Assembly: GCA_051294905.1 (NCBI GenBank)
Contig: CM119371.1
Location: forward strand, 24,988,001-25,052,000
Direction: 5' to 3'
Source: Botryllus schlosseri
Taxonomy: Eukaryota
DNA length: 64,000 bases
Shown: positions 1 to 13,700 of the stretch, one piece after another
Numbering within the stretch: position 1 is the first letter of the stretch
Layout: each line of letters opens with the position of its first letter
Made by a program: the position numbers and the translations under genes
The notes under the pieces: model-generated
Database searches by the model: none
Told to the model about the DNA's origin: nothing
The model's input: only the letters and a program-made list of their open reading frames with translations

Positions 1-759
1 TTGGTGGAGTAATCCAAAGACGTCACAGAAGTAGTAGGCTTACACACGTATTATATACCAACATATGTAATATATATATTAACATTTTTGTAAGCGCACA
101 TTTTCAATGTATATTTTCATGTCGCCTATAAATCTATACCAGCCTCAGTTGATGATAGGGACGATATATAACCGGGATTGTTGGTGGATTGAATTGCAAT
201 GATCCTAGATAAACCACCAACACTTAATGAGAATCCTAATCGTATTGTAATGTCTAATTTAATTAATCAGGAAATTGGGCGTCATTTAATGATTCCGCAG
301 TATACACAGGCATAGGCGCCGACTTTTATTTTTTTACGAGGTGGCGAAGTCTTGTGACGTCATAATTGTTGCATATCGATGACGTCATCATCGCACGAAA
401 ACGCACTTTACTACATGCCGCCGGCGTACATGCAGAGTTAAACCATTCGCGTGACGTTTTAATTTCGGCCATGCACTCATTAATGCAGTCGATTATTAAA
501 TGGAATCTTGAAACGGTACGCTCATTCGAAAGTGTAACTGCGGCCTGCGCTACCGTCGGAATGCATCGAACAAAAATCATTTCAAGCAGACAATAATGAT
601 GATTACAAGCGCGAAATCGCACTGCCAATCAGTAATTGTCTATTGCGGTTTCTTGCTTCGCGTTGACCAACTCGCATCGTGGCAATTGTTTGCTGATTAA
701 AACAGCGATCTGGGCGGCATTGGTGCATTTCCCGATTTACGTTCGCGAAGTATTTCGGG

Positions 760-879
760 AGTACATTGGTCAATTCGCAAATTCAATTTGCAAGTCGACG
801 GCCGCCAACACATACTAATTAAATTACATGTTGATAGCCGCACAAATCTGCTTCTACGGCCGCAGGTTGCCCACCCCTG
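760..879 (-). mobile_element. Terminal fragment of the same hAT MITE family as 14179-14976
   Basis: Reverse-complement similarity to 14179-14290; ends in ...GCAGGTTGCCCACCCCTG. Confidence 0.65.
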
Positions 880-1278
880 GGCTAAAATTAATTCCACTTC
901 CGGGCGCATGCCGCGATCTTATCAATAGAAATCCGCTGTCTAACTAATGCCTAATAGTTCAATATTCGATATTGTTGTTTTCGATAAGAGTACATCCAGC
1001 ACTCAAGTTTATCGTTGTTCAAACGAATCGAATAGAATCAGAATTTGTGCCACCCAGAATCTTGTGATGCACCAATATTTGACAATGGCATTGCATGGCC
1101 TACTGCACGTTAATAATGAAAGGAACACTGAAAAATGACTTTGTGCGACAATTTCGGAGTACGAATGTATCCAGTAGATAACAAGTAATATGGATGATGG
1201 GATGATGGCAAATGAGAAAGCGTGTATTCTAATCAGAATCGCCACGAATGGTTTTTGAGTCTGACACCATATAGAGTA

Positions 1279-2120
1279 CCGTAATTTTCCATGTATAATG
1301 CGCAAAATTTTCACGATTTTTTTCCCTAAAATCGGGGGGTGCGTATTATCCATGGGAACAACGCGATTGAAAAAATCTCCCTCGATAAAAAACTTGAAAT
1401 CACACGTTTCTTCATGTTTGTTTCCAATCGCGCATCACCTCTAGCCATCGTGCCCGTAATTCGTATTATAGAATGTAACGCGCTGCCAAATAGAGACGCG
1501 TGTTGCCAATTAACGGAAGGCGTGTTGCCAATTAACTAGAATCGTCTGCAAAGCACGCGATCTCTTGCTGAGTTAGTTCGCCGTTTGTACGCGAGCGAAA
1601 TTAGGTCGCTGATTGCTACAAGCATGCGCGGCAATTCTTGCTAATTCATCGCGTCTGCGACAGGTCGACAATCGCATACGCAAGAGACCATGTGCAGATT
1701 GTGCACAAGATATAATCGCTTGCGTAATCAGTCGCATCTCCAACAGGACTGGTGCGCCCGACATAACCGTTGGCTTGAGCAATCACATCTGTAATTGTAA
1801 TAGGCCTTGTGCGCAAGATGTCGTGTGTCGCTAGCCTGAACTGTCGCGTCGCCAGCCTCGCAGGCTTCGGCTACTATCTACTCTCGTTTAGAGACAATGC
1901 ACTTATTGTATTATGATTAGCGATGGTTATGTCATGATTGTTGAACAGTGACATCGCAAAACAGACAACATCATATATTAAAACACAGCTATTCATGTAC
2001 TGCGAATGCAGGGTGCGTACTATACACGGGTACAGGCTTTTTCACAGAAATTACATGCTATTTTAAGGGTGCGTATTATACATGGGGGATTGGGGGCGTA
2101 CTATACTTGGAAAATTACGG
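1279..2120. mobile_element. Tc1/mariner/pogo-type MITE
   Basis: TIRs CCGTAATTTTCCA / TGGAAAATTACGG flanked by TA on both sides. Confidence 0.8.
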
Positions 2121-2445
2121 TAGCTTTTGTCGCGACAATTGTTTTCTCATTATATCGCTGTTTAGGCTGTATTGCTGCATTTCCCGATTAATGTCACTGG
2201 CAAAGCCTTGTTAGAGAAACGAATCTGCGCAGAAATGAATTCCAATTTGCAGGCACACACCAACCCACCCTCCAATTTCGCGCTCCGATTACCAAGACTA
2301 TCACGAAGCTAGCTAGCTCGTGAATGGTTTTGTAATCGAATATTGGCGGCGTGGGTGCACATAATTTAGATTTCAGAAAAGGAGAACGTCTATTTGGGCG
2401 CCTGGTCGGGAGAGGAGATCTACGATGGTGCTTCTCAGTACACGC

Positions 2446-3439
2446 TAGGCGCGTAGCCAGTCTAAAAATTAGGGGGACTTGGATTTTTTTCAAATTTACC
2501 AATATAACATCAACTCAATTCGGGTTAAGTACATGTGTAAATGGCGATCATATAATCTCTTCGTATTGACGATTTTAGGCGTATGGTAAGCTTGCCAAAG
2601 AGTCCGGGAGTGCTGTCAATTAGCGAGTCGCTGATATCTGGTGAACAATTAAATATGCGCGCGTATTACGCAGTCTCGGCGACAGTTCATCATCATCATC
2701 ATCATCATTTCGGAAATCTGAACTTGATGGCACCGATTTCAAACCTTTGTCGTCTTTCAGAACTCGAGCCATGAGACACATCTTCTGATCGTTACGTTCA
2801 AGCATTAGCGGGAATCATTTACACTCGGTAAAGTCTGTTTGCAGCGATTCGATGTTACTCAGTTACGCGATGTCGCTTTTTAATCAATATGACACAAAAC
2901 AATCACTAATTAGCGTCAACTCGACCGCATTGTCTTAAAACCAGCGAGAGATAGGAGCCAAAGCATGTTATGCCCGAGACGCGATAGTTAGGCTAGCAAT
3001 GATAGCTTTCGCACCATGCCTATTGCAGATGCTATTGTGTAGGCCAGCGATGATATCGTGCACACCAGGCCGAAACCGCCGATGCAGATGCGATTGCGCA
3101 GGCAAGCGATGATATAGTGTGAACTGGGCCTATTGCAGATGCGATTGTTCAAGCCTGCGGAACCAGGCTAGCTCGATACGCGATAAATCAGGCTAGCGAC
3201 GATTGCCACGCGCACGGGAATGAATGACCTAATTTCGCGACCATCTCAGCGGGAGATCGTCACAGACTTTTCTCCCTAATTGACAACACGTTTCTCGCAA
3301 ATTAGCCGCGCGGAACACTGATAACACAATTATTGAATTGCAACTGAGCATTAGAATTAGAATGATCATTTCAAAATGACGGGGTTTCGCGTTTCAAATA
3401 GGAAAGTTCGACCCTCGAAATCCCATGGCTACGAGCCTG
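2446..3439. mobile_element. Non-autonomous hAT-like element
   Basis: TIRs TAGGCGCGTAGCCA / TGGCTACGAGCCTG; 8-bp TSD gtacacgc/gcacacgc (1 mismatch). Confidence 0.6.
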
Positions 3440-4655
3440 GCACACGCGCATATCGAAATCGAAGACGTCTCTAACGAGGTCGCTTCGATTCGCCTGATTA
3501 CTAATTACTGGTCACAAATCACTTAGGCGTTTGAGCATTTTGTACGAGGTGGCCGCCACCTCGTAAATATGGTCACGAGGTGGCTGCGCCACCTCGTAAC
3601 CGCGTAAGTCGGCGCCTATGTACACAGGAACTGACACGACTTGACGCAAATGTCTGTAACTGGACGAAGGTGTATTCATGCCGCGAATCGCTCCGGTTTA
3701 CCGGTATAGCGCAGGGTACCTGAAATTTAGGGGATGAATCAAGGGCAAGATTTAGATCCTTCACCCTGCTCGTATGATTTTGTGTTATATCATGCGCGTG
3801 TCAAATACTATGTCATGCACCACAAACTACGAATCGCAATGACACAAAATTAAGTCGATTCATACTTTCAATACCTTTTATATGTAATATTAAAATTTTT
3901 GGAAAAGCGAGTTAGAGAGAGAGACCGAGAGAGAGACAGATACTTATAAGCGCGATGAAACAGTCCGGTGACGCATTTAGCTTCGACGCGATCAGTCGAC
4001 GTGAAAACATCATGTCAGCGCCACTCTAAGAATGTATTGTCGGGCCCATATCCATTTAACCCCTCTCTTTTGCACATTCATTTCTATGGATATGTAGAAT
4101 AGCGCTGCACTCAAGACATATTCAGTGTGCGAGGAATTGATCTGGATCTCGTGTGCTGAAAACGGTGTCTTAAAAAATGCAGGAGATAAGTTTTGGAAAT
4201 ACTAGGTAATGCCAGTTTACCTAGTGTTCTGTCAAGTGTATATTGCTCAGATAAGTGGTTTAGTTGGCAATTATCAGAGGCCGTCACTGTCGAAATCGTA
4301 GCGTGCACCCGTGCGACTAGAGTAAAATGACTACTCCAACTACAAATGAGCGAGAATATATCAAGTAAACTTGTTACGTGGTCTATTAAGGCCAGTTTTT
4401 GGCAGTTCCATTCCTAAAAGTGAATGCAGACAAACACCAAAACAAATCTACAATTGTCAAAAACAAATTTTAAAACGCATGTAGTTGAGCTTTAGAGTGG
4501 GGTTGTTCAAAACATATTTAATTGCTGGAGTAATTAACACAAGTTACCAAAACCTACTTAATTCCTCCGTAAAAGTATTAGTACTACGTTACTGATCACA
4601 CCTGATTACCCAGTGTGTGTTACTGAAGCATGTAAATGTATAATTTCCTTTTCAG

Positions 4656-4709
4656 GTATACTACTTCATGTGGCCACTGCTAGCGAATGGAGTTACCAAG
4701 GCGAAAAAG
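4656..4709 (+). CDS. CA exon: end of signal peptide and start of domain 1 ([17 protein letters not shown])
   Basis: ttttcag acceptor, gttag donor, phase 1/1. Contains the alpha-CA N-terminal WSY motif after a hydrophobic A-x-A segment. Confidence 0.8.
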
Positions 4710-7700
4710 GTTAGTGCTGTTCAACAATTGTGTAGGCAATTCTTGGTATCTGAGGTGATATGACACTGTACCGATAATCACTGTTCCAGGATTCCTCATG
4801 ACAAGGCGATGCAGTCAGAAAGCTTATATGCAGGCATGCGTGTAAACGCACACGGTAGCATCTGATGAATTAGTCATCATGATCAGCTGTAGCAATGCGA
4901 AGCAACGCGTTGTCTAGCGATAGCCCGTCACGGTATAGCGATATGCTTATTCAGCAAAATGATACCGCTGGTATCGTGTGACGTAATACGTCAAAATGTA
5001 TGTTTGGGAACGGGGGAGAGTGTGCTAATCTAGAATCTAGACTAGATGATTGCAGAAGTGATGCATACAATGTGAATCTACATGAAATACTGACGCTTCC
5101 AAACTATATCGCTGGTCACAAATAAACAATATATAGCCATCTGATTACTCACGATGACATAGGCTAATACCAAGCTAATGGTTGCTGATCTGTCATTGCG
5201 AATGCGCCATCAAGGTTATATATTTGAATTAAATATCTAGCAAAGCGTGTGCTTCAGCATGTGCAAATACCGCTACCACACGCTACGACCACTTCAACAG
5301 CCACAAATATTCATTTGCTAACCACCAAAACTTGGGCTACCCTTTAAAATGCGATATTCGTTTCTTGCAATATGCAATATGATTAACATGAAGGTCCCTT
5401 TTGTAGTTTTCAGCATGCGAGCTACTTGAATCTTAAAAGCCGCAGCGATCTATCCTATTTGTATTTTTTGATTTGTCAATCCAACCCAGATGACTATAGA
5501 CTAGTTCCAACAGAAAGTCGTGCATAATGATAAATATAGGCAGATGAAGGACAAGCAGTTAAGGGTAAAAGCATATACAGCCGGTCTGCACTCGAGTATG
5601 ACCTGTAAGTGACCCAATATACCGCACTGATTTGCACATCCGAGAGAGAGAGAGAGAGTCCTTATTTTCATCCAGTCAAAATACATAAAAAAAACAGACC
5701 GTAATGATGTTGGTACGGATATATATGCATGCACAATTGCACACTGTGCATTGCACAGTATTGTGTATCAGATAGGAATGATCGATACGACCGTGAAAGT
5801 CAACTAGCCGAAATGACAGAAAACAATAATTGCGTAATTTTACTGTCCGACTGAAAAAGTAATGGGTGATAATTTGACGTCATTCCCGTAATCATTATAC
5901 CATCAGCTTTCTAGTAGCGATCGATTAACTGAATAATGTTAATGCCCACAACGACACGTCATACGCACAATTACTATCTTTTATGTTACAAAGTGATGAG
6001 AATTTTATCCTAAGGTGTGTATTGATAGCGAAAACCCCATTATAAGAATGTGGATCGGAACCCGTCGGGATGACTATCCAACCGTGCGGAATTCTTCCGT
6101 TCTGCTCAATTCCAATTAAAAGTAGCAATTTCACGTCACACAGCAAGTTAAAAAACTTAGAATGAAAGCATAGAAAATGAAATTTACGAGAAGTATTCGA
6201 ATAAGTAGGCCTATATCGAAAAATTCTATTTAGTTGAGTGGCCGCTTAATTTAAGCAGTCGATGGGGCTGGCGAGTTTCTAAATTAAACTCAGTATCTTT
6301 GCATCTAACATCAAATAATTATTGACACCAAGCATTCGTAGGTTATCTAAGAGTAAGTATAAATTGCCGTGATACATGGGCAATATTCCAGGCGGTTCGC
6401 ATCACAATTACACTAATACAAGGAATGCAAACTTTTCCCTGTTCTGCTCTGTATTTTTATAAACTCAAACTGCCCATGATAACTAAATTTTCGTAAGTTA
6501 TCGTAACTTTAGTTATCGTAGGCAACCGTCTATGTCAATAAACTGTTCAAGTGGGCAAATCTACTTGACTACTCCAACTAATTTGTCACGTACTTCGTCA
6601 CTGAATAACCTCCGTGCGCATAGTGTCATAGTGTGAAATCTTCCCTATACTTCCTCACTTGATTGTTGATTTCAATTGATACGTACCTCTCCTCGGCGCG
6701 ATAATGACAGTTATGGAGATTTGGTCTGACTTTAATAATAGCGGTAAAACACTGCAAATTTGAAGCTATATTGGTCCGATTCCCTAACTGAGCGGGTTGT
6801 TGTGTGCGATCATATTTCTCCTTAATATAACATAGGATCACAAGAGATATGCCGCTTGTCGTTTGCGACACAATGGTATTCCGGTGTATCTTCATACGAG
6901 CCGGTGTGCATGCGGCAGAAGTCTAGTTACTGCGTTCTAATGATTATATTGTCACCATTTGCATACGGTAAACCCATCCAAGGAACGCCCATTGTCAATC
7001 CAATATATTTCATTTGCAACATTATAATCAAGGGGGAAAGACACTATTATTTATTCAGAGAGCAAATAGATATGAGTCGGGCAGATCAACGACACCGAAC
7101 ACATGGTATGACGAAGCGAGGCATATTGACTAACAGTGATTTATACTGATTACGATTCCATTACGAATCAGAGTCGCAGGATACCAACGTAAATGTAATA
7201 ACAGAACACTGATCTAGTCTGCATACCCTTCGAAATTCGCAAAATCATCCCAAATCCGAACCTTTTCAGTTGCCCTACATAATGGATAAAAAAAAACAGT
7301 GCCAGATAGTATTTTACGTAATTTGCTTCAATATATTGCTATGAGGTAGGATTATCAGCAAAACCACTTCGAAGAGCCAAACATCGACGAAAGCAGGAGA
7401 ATGGCGATTATCCTCGTAATTGAAAAATATTTCGTAATTATGCACTCATTTGCCTGTTATAGTTTTCTAATCGATTACAGGCAGTACTCTGCAATTTTAG
7501 AGATATGCAATGTTATTCTCTGTGTAAAAGAGTACCAACATGAGATAGGTTGAGAACCATTGCTCTCGTAGAAAAGGGGTAGCGCTATCCTGTATCTGAA
7601 AGGTTTGACGCTTTGAAATTCAGGACCATCAGAATGGAAGAATGACTACCCCAAGTGCGGGGGAGAATATCAATCGCCCGTCAACATCGAAACGACCAAA

Positions 7701-10700
7701 GTCTTGATCGATCCATCGCTGCACCTGTTCAAGATGGCGGGTTACGACCAGAAACTGTCAGGCGGGACTCTCGTCAATAACGGCCATTCGCGTAAGTGAA
7801 CTTCATGGATTATGATAATAGTGATTCCAGAAATGCGATTTATCCTGAGACACCTTATGCGATATGTAAAACGAATGCGTAAGTCCTTTTAAGCACGTAG
7901 CTAATACACGAACATACCTAATCGCATCATATATATCGGTAAAGAGACTTGTGTGGGAATGATGCGAACCCTTAATGTTTCTTGTTCGAGCATTCATAAA
8001 ACGCTCGCTGTTGGCGGGCAGACGAACGCGAACATATGACGACGTATGGTGATGTCACAATGCTTATTAAAAACTAATCATTAGTGTCTTAGTGCCTGCG
8101 TCCCTATCTTCTAAATGTACTACCTAGGTCGTTATTCAGAACATGTGTCCGCGGTCACAAGAGCATCGGACACAAAGGGATGCGACACTTCAACGTGCGG
8201 GTTAAACTTCGGGTCACCGTTGCGTTACGTTGAGACTCGGGCTGGAGTTTAGGTTAGGTTAACGTCTACTTACGGGTTACTTTTGGAGTTCGGGGATTAT
8301 AAAATCGCATACTTAGGTGTCGCATTCTAAACTGTTTTCTTCTATTGCGTCGCATGTCCATTGGACATGGGACAAATGTCGGGACACCGAGACTGCGATT
8401 GTGGATATAAGAACGATTTTTCACTCATGAATATGTTACTTTAGCGGAATATGTTGTTGGCCAAGTTGTCTCAAGACACCGGGTTAGTTTTCTGTACACA
8501 ATCCTTATCTGCACCAAGTAGCGTCAAGCTGCTCTGAGAATATCTTAACTCGAGAATAATTTGTAACCGAGGAACCGAAAAATTCTATTGTTAGCTTTTT
8601 CATCAGTAATGAGCAATTTTTCCACTTCACTTGAATAAAACGTCATAATCTCATCCTAACCCGTTTTGGAGCCAAGCATTTAAGGGTGGCGGAGGCGTTT
8701 CATTATATTATTCACAACCGTAATAGTGTCATATCTCATGCAAAATTAGCTTCAAAGCAAAATTAGTATCAATAACACTTTCGACGTATATGCTACATAG
8801 TTTTATTTCGATACGGAGATCACGTTACTTTCTTGTCGTTACCGCCATAAAAAAGAAAGAAAGTGCTATTTAAGTACTTTCGATAGAATAGGAAGTTGCA
8901 ATTCAAGGCATTACGATCAAATGCACAGTGTTTTTTTTCGCGAAACAGAAACCACTGAAATGTCGCATTTGCACGGCATCAGGAACGTGAACAGAACGTT
9001 CGCAGCATCCATAAACTTGAACATGGATATGTGGGGGTTTTATTGTATGTGATATTGGATATAAGACAAAATTAGATACATATATTCGTTAGTCTTCAAG
9101 GCCAATTCCACCTATAGGCGATAGCGAACTAGTTGTGTTTTATAGAAACGTGCCTGTAACCGATATCGCCTCCGTGCGTAATCTCATTGCGTAAACATTA
9201 TTTGACGGTATCCAGCGGAATGCGCCGGATGGAGATTATCCAGATTATATATTATAATAAAAAGATTTTCGCTAGCTTGAATTGTAATGTCGAAATTTGA
9301 AAACTGACAAGCAATCCGTTTATTCACAAATGACTCTAAGCAGAAATAAGTTCGGAGATTATCCCAAACCCATATAGGTTGATTTCGTCACGGGTTTGAA
9401 AAAACCCTGCATGATTTTACTGGCCGAGTCTGTTACACGATTATATTGAAATTGCCTCTGTTTTGCAGTGCAATTGAACTTCCCGGCAGACAAGACATTC
9501 CGTTTATCTGGCGGCGGATTCGGCAATAGCACATACCGCGCATTGCAGTTGCATTTTCACTGGTCAGCGCCAGGATCGTATGACGGCTCCGAACATACTA
9601 TCGACGGTCGACATTCTGCAGTCGAGGTAGCTTATACAGTGGTTTTCACTGCAATATGGGTGTGTCACGGGTGAGACTATAATCTCATGGTACACTTATA
9701 CCATCAGAAACAAATCCAGAGTTCATTCAGCATCATATTCAGATATAAGTCCATATCCGGGAATGGCATGTTTTTTTGCCATTTGTACCAAGTCCATATT
9801 TAAATCCGCCTTCAAATATATTAAATTTAATCCCCGTGGTTATCCTGTTGAAATGTTGAAATCCGATTTTATTTTAAGATGAAAATCGACAGTCGTAATC
9901 CCTGCTAATCCCAATATCAATTCAATACGAGATATTGCACTTTATGTCGTATCTATACACACGATACTGATTATATTTTGGGCTGAGTGCTAGGACAAAA
10001 TTACTCAAATCCGAGTGTGTATGCAATGGTAATAATACTGGGTCGAGCACATTGAGAAAACATTTGTCGAGAAACTAAAATAGACGGAATATACAAACGT
10101 CACACTTAACGATATCTTATCAACGAAAATGTAGTTTATATACATTCTTCAGGCCGTGGGCACCTCTCGACCTCAGTTAATATCAATTTAACATTCGAAA
10201 TATGTTACGGATCGAACCGGAATATCGGCACACAGAGCCGTGAAATAGTCATAGTCAAGAAATGCAACAATATTTCTGATGTGTAGCTGGCAATATCTCG
10301 TCGTGGAGGCAAGAACATCATATTTTGAACTTGAAGGACATTATATGTGTTGTGACGTAAATTTATGGGATACGCGAATACTTGACTCGATTCGAAGCTT
10401 AATACTTGACTGATGGGCATCACACCAACCGAGTAATAGATTTAACCCGCACCTGGGTCTATGCGAGTGGTTCCCAACGTTGATAAGGGTGCGGAGATAT
10501 CAAAAGGAGCGACTAGGGGTGGCGATAAGAGCGCAAATGTTAGAACGTCCTGTGATATATATTAAATTAACATGCTAAAAAATGCTGGGGATGACGGCTT
10601 ATTCTGCATACAAAACGAATAATAAGGTTAACTCAACGGAAAGTAAACGCAGAAACCGCTTTTTCGAGCACCTACCACCTCGTAAAAATCGCATCTTCTT

Positions 10701-13700
10701 TAATAAATTCATCAATTATTAGAGTTGGGCGAATAAATTTCCCGGTCATATGCCCTCTTCTTCGGATCCATAAATACGGCAGTGGGCGGAAATTTGTATC
10801 GAGATTGATAAGGGAGAGTTGATAGAAAAAGTTGGGAAACACTGGTCCGTGCAATACAAATCCCGGATGGCACCCGATTCCTAATAGGCATTCGATTGCC
10901 GAATTCAATGATTCGAAGCGTATCAGCAGGAACTATCACACTCCTAGCACATTGCATTATCTCGCTGGGCATACTGGTTTTTATTGCAGGACTGGGGTGG
11001 GTTATTTACGTGCTAAAACATCATTTAGAATTTTACGCCGTGCATTATGCAAGCATAAAATACACAGATATGTGCAGAGAGGGTGAACATAGTCAACGTT
11101 TGCCCTCAGTATACAAGTAGATGCACTGCTGTAAATTCCCACTAAATTAAGAGTACAAGGAGCGATTTCAAAGACATGCCGAAACTACTTCAGGTACAAT
11201 TTGAAAACGAAAGTATTAAAAGTACAAAACTAAGTTCTGTCAAAATGCACAACACAAACCAGCAAATCTTCGAAATATATTCAGTTACCGTGATACATAG
11301 GCTATATCGAGCACTAGTAATTATAGTTCGGCCTGCAAAAGTTGTCCAAGATATTATCAATCTACCTTTCCGATTACAAAATAAAAGGTTTAGAAAGTAA
11401 TCAGCTTTGCTTAAATAAATGTGAAGTGGAAGTATTGTAAAAGTGTAACTACTATGCAGTCCGAGCAGGCAAAACCAACTTTATCACACCAATGAACTTT
11501 TCCAGTAGAGGCCATCTCTATTTATGTTCAAGAACTTCTCCAATACTCGATATTTTGTATGAGGCTACCACTGGCATAGTTAAAATATTTGATAATAAAG
11601 ATTTGTTACAATTAGAATGTATAGCCAATATAGCTGTGACTTGATCCATTCGCGTAACAGCGAATCATGAACTGCACATGTTCAAAGAGCGTTATCGGGC
11701 ATTATTCTTCGATTACTCATGTGGTTATTACTTCATGTAAAGATGTGGTCCGGGGATTTAGGACATTTTAAAAGGCAATTGTCGGCGAAGTAAGATTACC
11801 CTTTTTACATCACGATTTATGGCGCATTAGTAAGGACCTATGCACATATCTACAGATTAGCCAACGGATTATAGTTTACCCATATCTTTTACGATGTACT
11901 CGCAGATGCACATTGTACACATTAAAGATCCGTATACGTCCACGGATCAAGTAAAAGACATGCGCGATGGACTTGCAGTGCTGAGCGTCATGATCGACGT
12001 CGGCCAAACAAACCTGGCCGTAAAGAAACTACTGGATGCCACACAGAATCTGACATACGCTGGTAAGACAGTTAACATGAAAAGACCTTGCCGATTAATT
12101 GTATAGCCGGTACGTTGTAGACCGGTGCCTGTATTATCCCATTGGCCAGGTCATCGACGCGTGACACCACACCCTCTAGCTGACCTCATTACTGATAGCG
12201 CTGTATCAACACAAGCAGATTACGATTAATCTGATTGTGCAATGTGCATCGCTGCTGAGAGAGCCAGCGCATTCAATCGTTTACCTTGCGTTGCAATAAC
12301 TCATTCGTTAGCGGACGATGGAAGTTTTGGGCCAAGTGCTGCATGCGATGAGTAGAATTCCTCCGCCTGTTGTTTTAGGGTGTTTCGCAAATAGACATAC
12401 TGGCGATAGAGCGTATCCGACTGTAAAAGGATTAAGCTCGCGCTTTTAATGAAGCGAAACTATCGGATTTTGTCATCTGCAAACGTAGGTTTGTGTGTGT
12501 TGGCTGAAATGTAATTAACCTGGTATGCATGGTCAAATCCCGTTCTTTATTCGGCAAGAATCTATGATTGATATTACAGTGCACTTCAAGTACATTCTTA
12601 TTTATCACACAAAGCGTTTCGAATTATCGCTAATCAGGGGTTTATCTGCGCAAGACTATTACAGCTTACTGTGCTAACTGTATTTACAGAAATAATATGA
12701 TGAGATCAGTGAAACCGAACTCAAATATAAATTTCAAATCACTCCCTTTGTTTCTATTGGGATGCTTCATTCGAAAGACCATGCATATAAATATCATGGA
12801 TCATACGGGATGCACTGTAAAAACACCATTGTTCACAAACGTGGGAGTTGTTAAATTTATATACATTGAATTCAGCTGTAACCGATAATAGTATCTCGTA
12901 ACTCGCGGTCACGACGATATATATTGTCATAATTGTATGTTCGCATTGTTTTACTCGGTAAATACCAGTGCCCCTGCGTATGCGTTGTGAGTGATACACG
13001 AGAGTTAGCTGTAAACTCGGTATTAAAATTCGATTCAGTATTGGTAAATCCCTATTCGGGTTTCCATAACGTAGTACTGTAGCAGTGTAGTGCAAAGCAT
13101 TCAAATCATTCTATCATTATATTCGACGTTAAGTCTTGCTGTATATTTGTGCTGCTGACATCGGAGATGAGATTTCCCAAACTGCCTATTTACCACTATA
13201 GATTCACGTAAAACACACCAGTAACTGTAAAAACCTATTTATGAAGTTGATTGTGAAAAATAAGTGTTCATACGTACAGATTCTACAACTACTCTCGCTG
13301 ACGGACCGTCACTCATCAGTCTGCTACCCAATTCGGAGACATTTTACAGATATATGGGTTCATTAACGACTCCTCCGTGTTACGAGACAGTTTTATGGAC
13401 AATTCTTGAACAGCCAATATCTATATCCCAGGCTCAGGTAATCCATAGGCTTACAGTGCATAATATATATTTGTAAGGGTGTGTGATCCGAAGGGATCAA
13501 AGTTGTCATCGTTGCTACTTGAACGTAGAACCAACGTCTGGAATTCCCACTATGTCACAAATAGTGGTATTCCAAGTCATCTCAAGACTACGTCAAGTGG
13601 AAGTAGAAAGTAGAATGTAGGACAAGTGTTCAAATAAGCGGTTTCTAAAAATGGATTTAGTCGAAGCAGGCTATACTTTTATCATTTAATCCAGTGGCTC

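Noticed and set aside
2583..2805. Poly-His / poly-Asp ORFs
   Set aside because: They come from a (CAT)n microsatellite inside a transposon.
4177..4205. ATG...AG|gtaat as the missing first CA exon
   Set aside because: It ends in phase 2 while the next exon needs phase 1, splicing gives an early stop, and the peptide is not hydrophobic.
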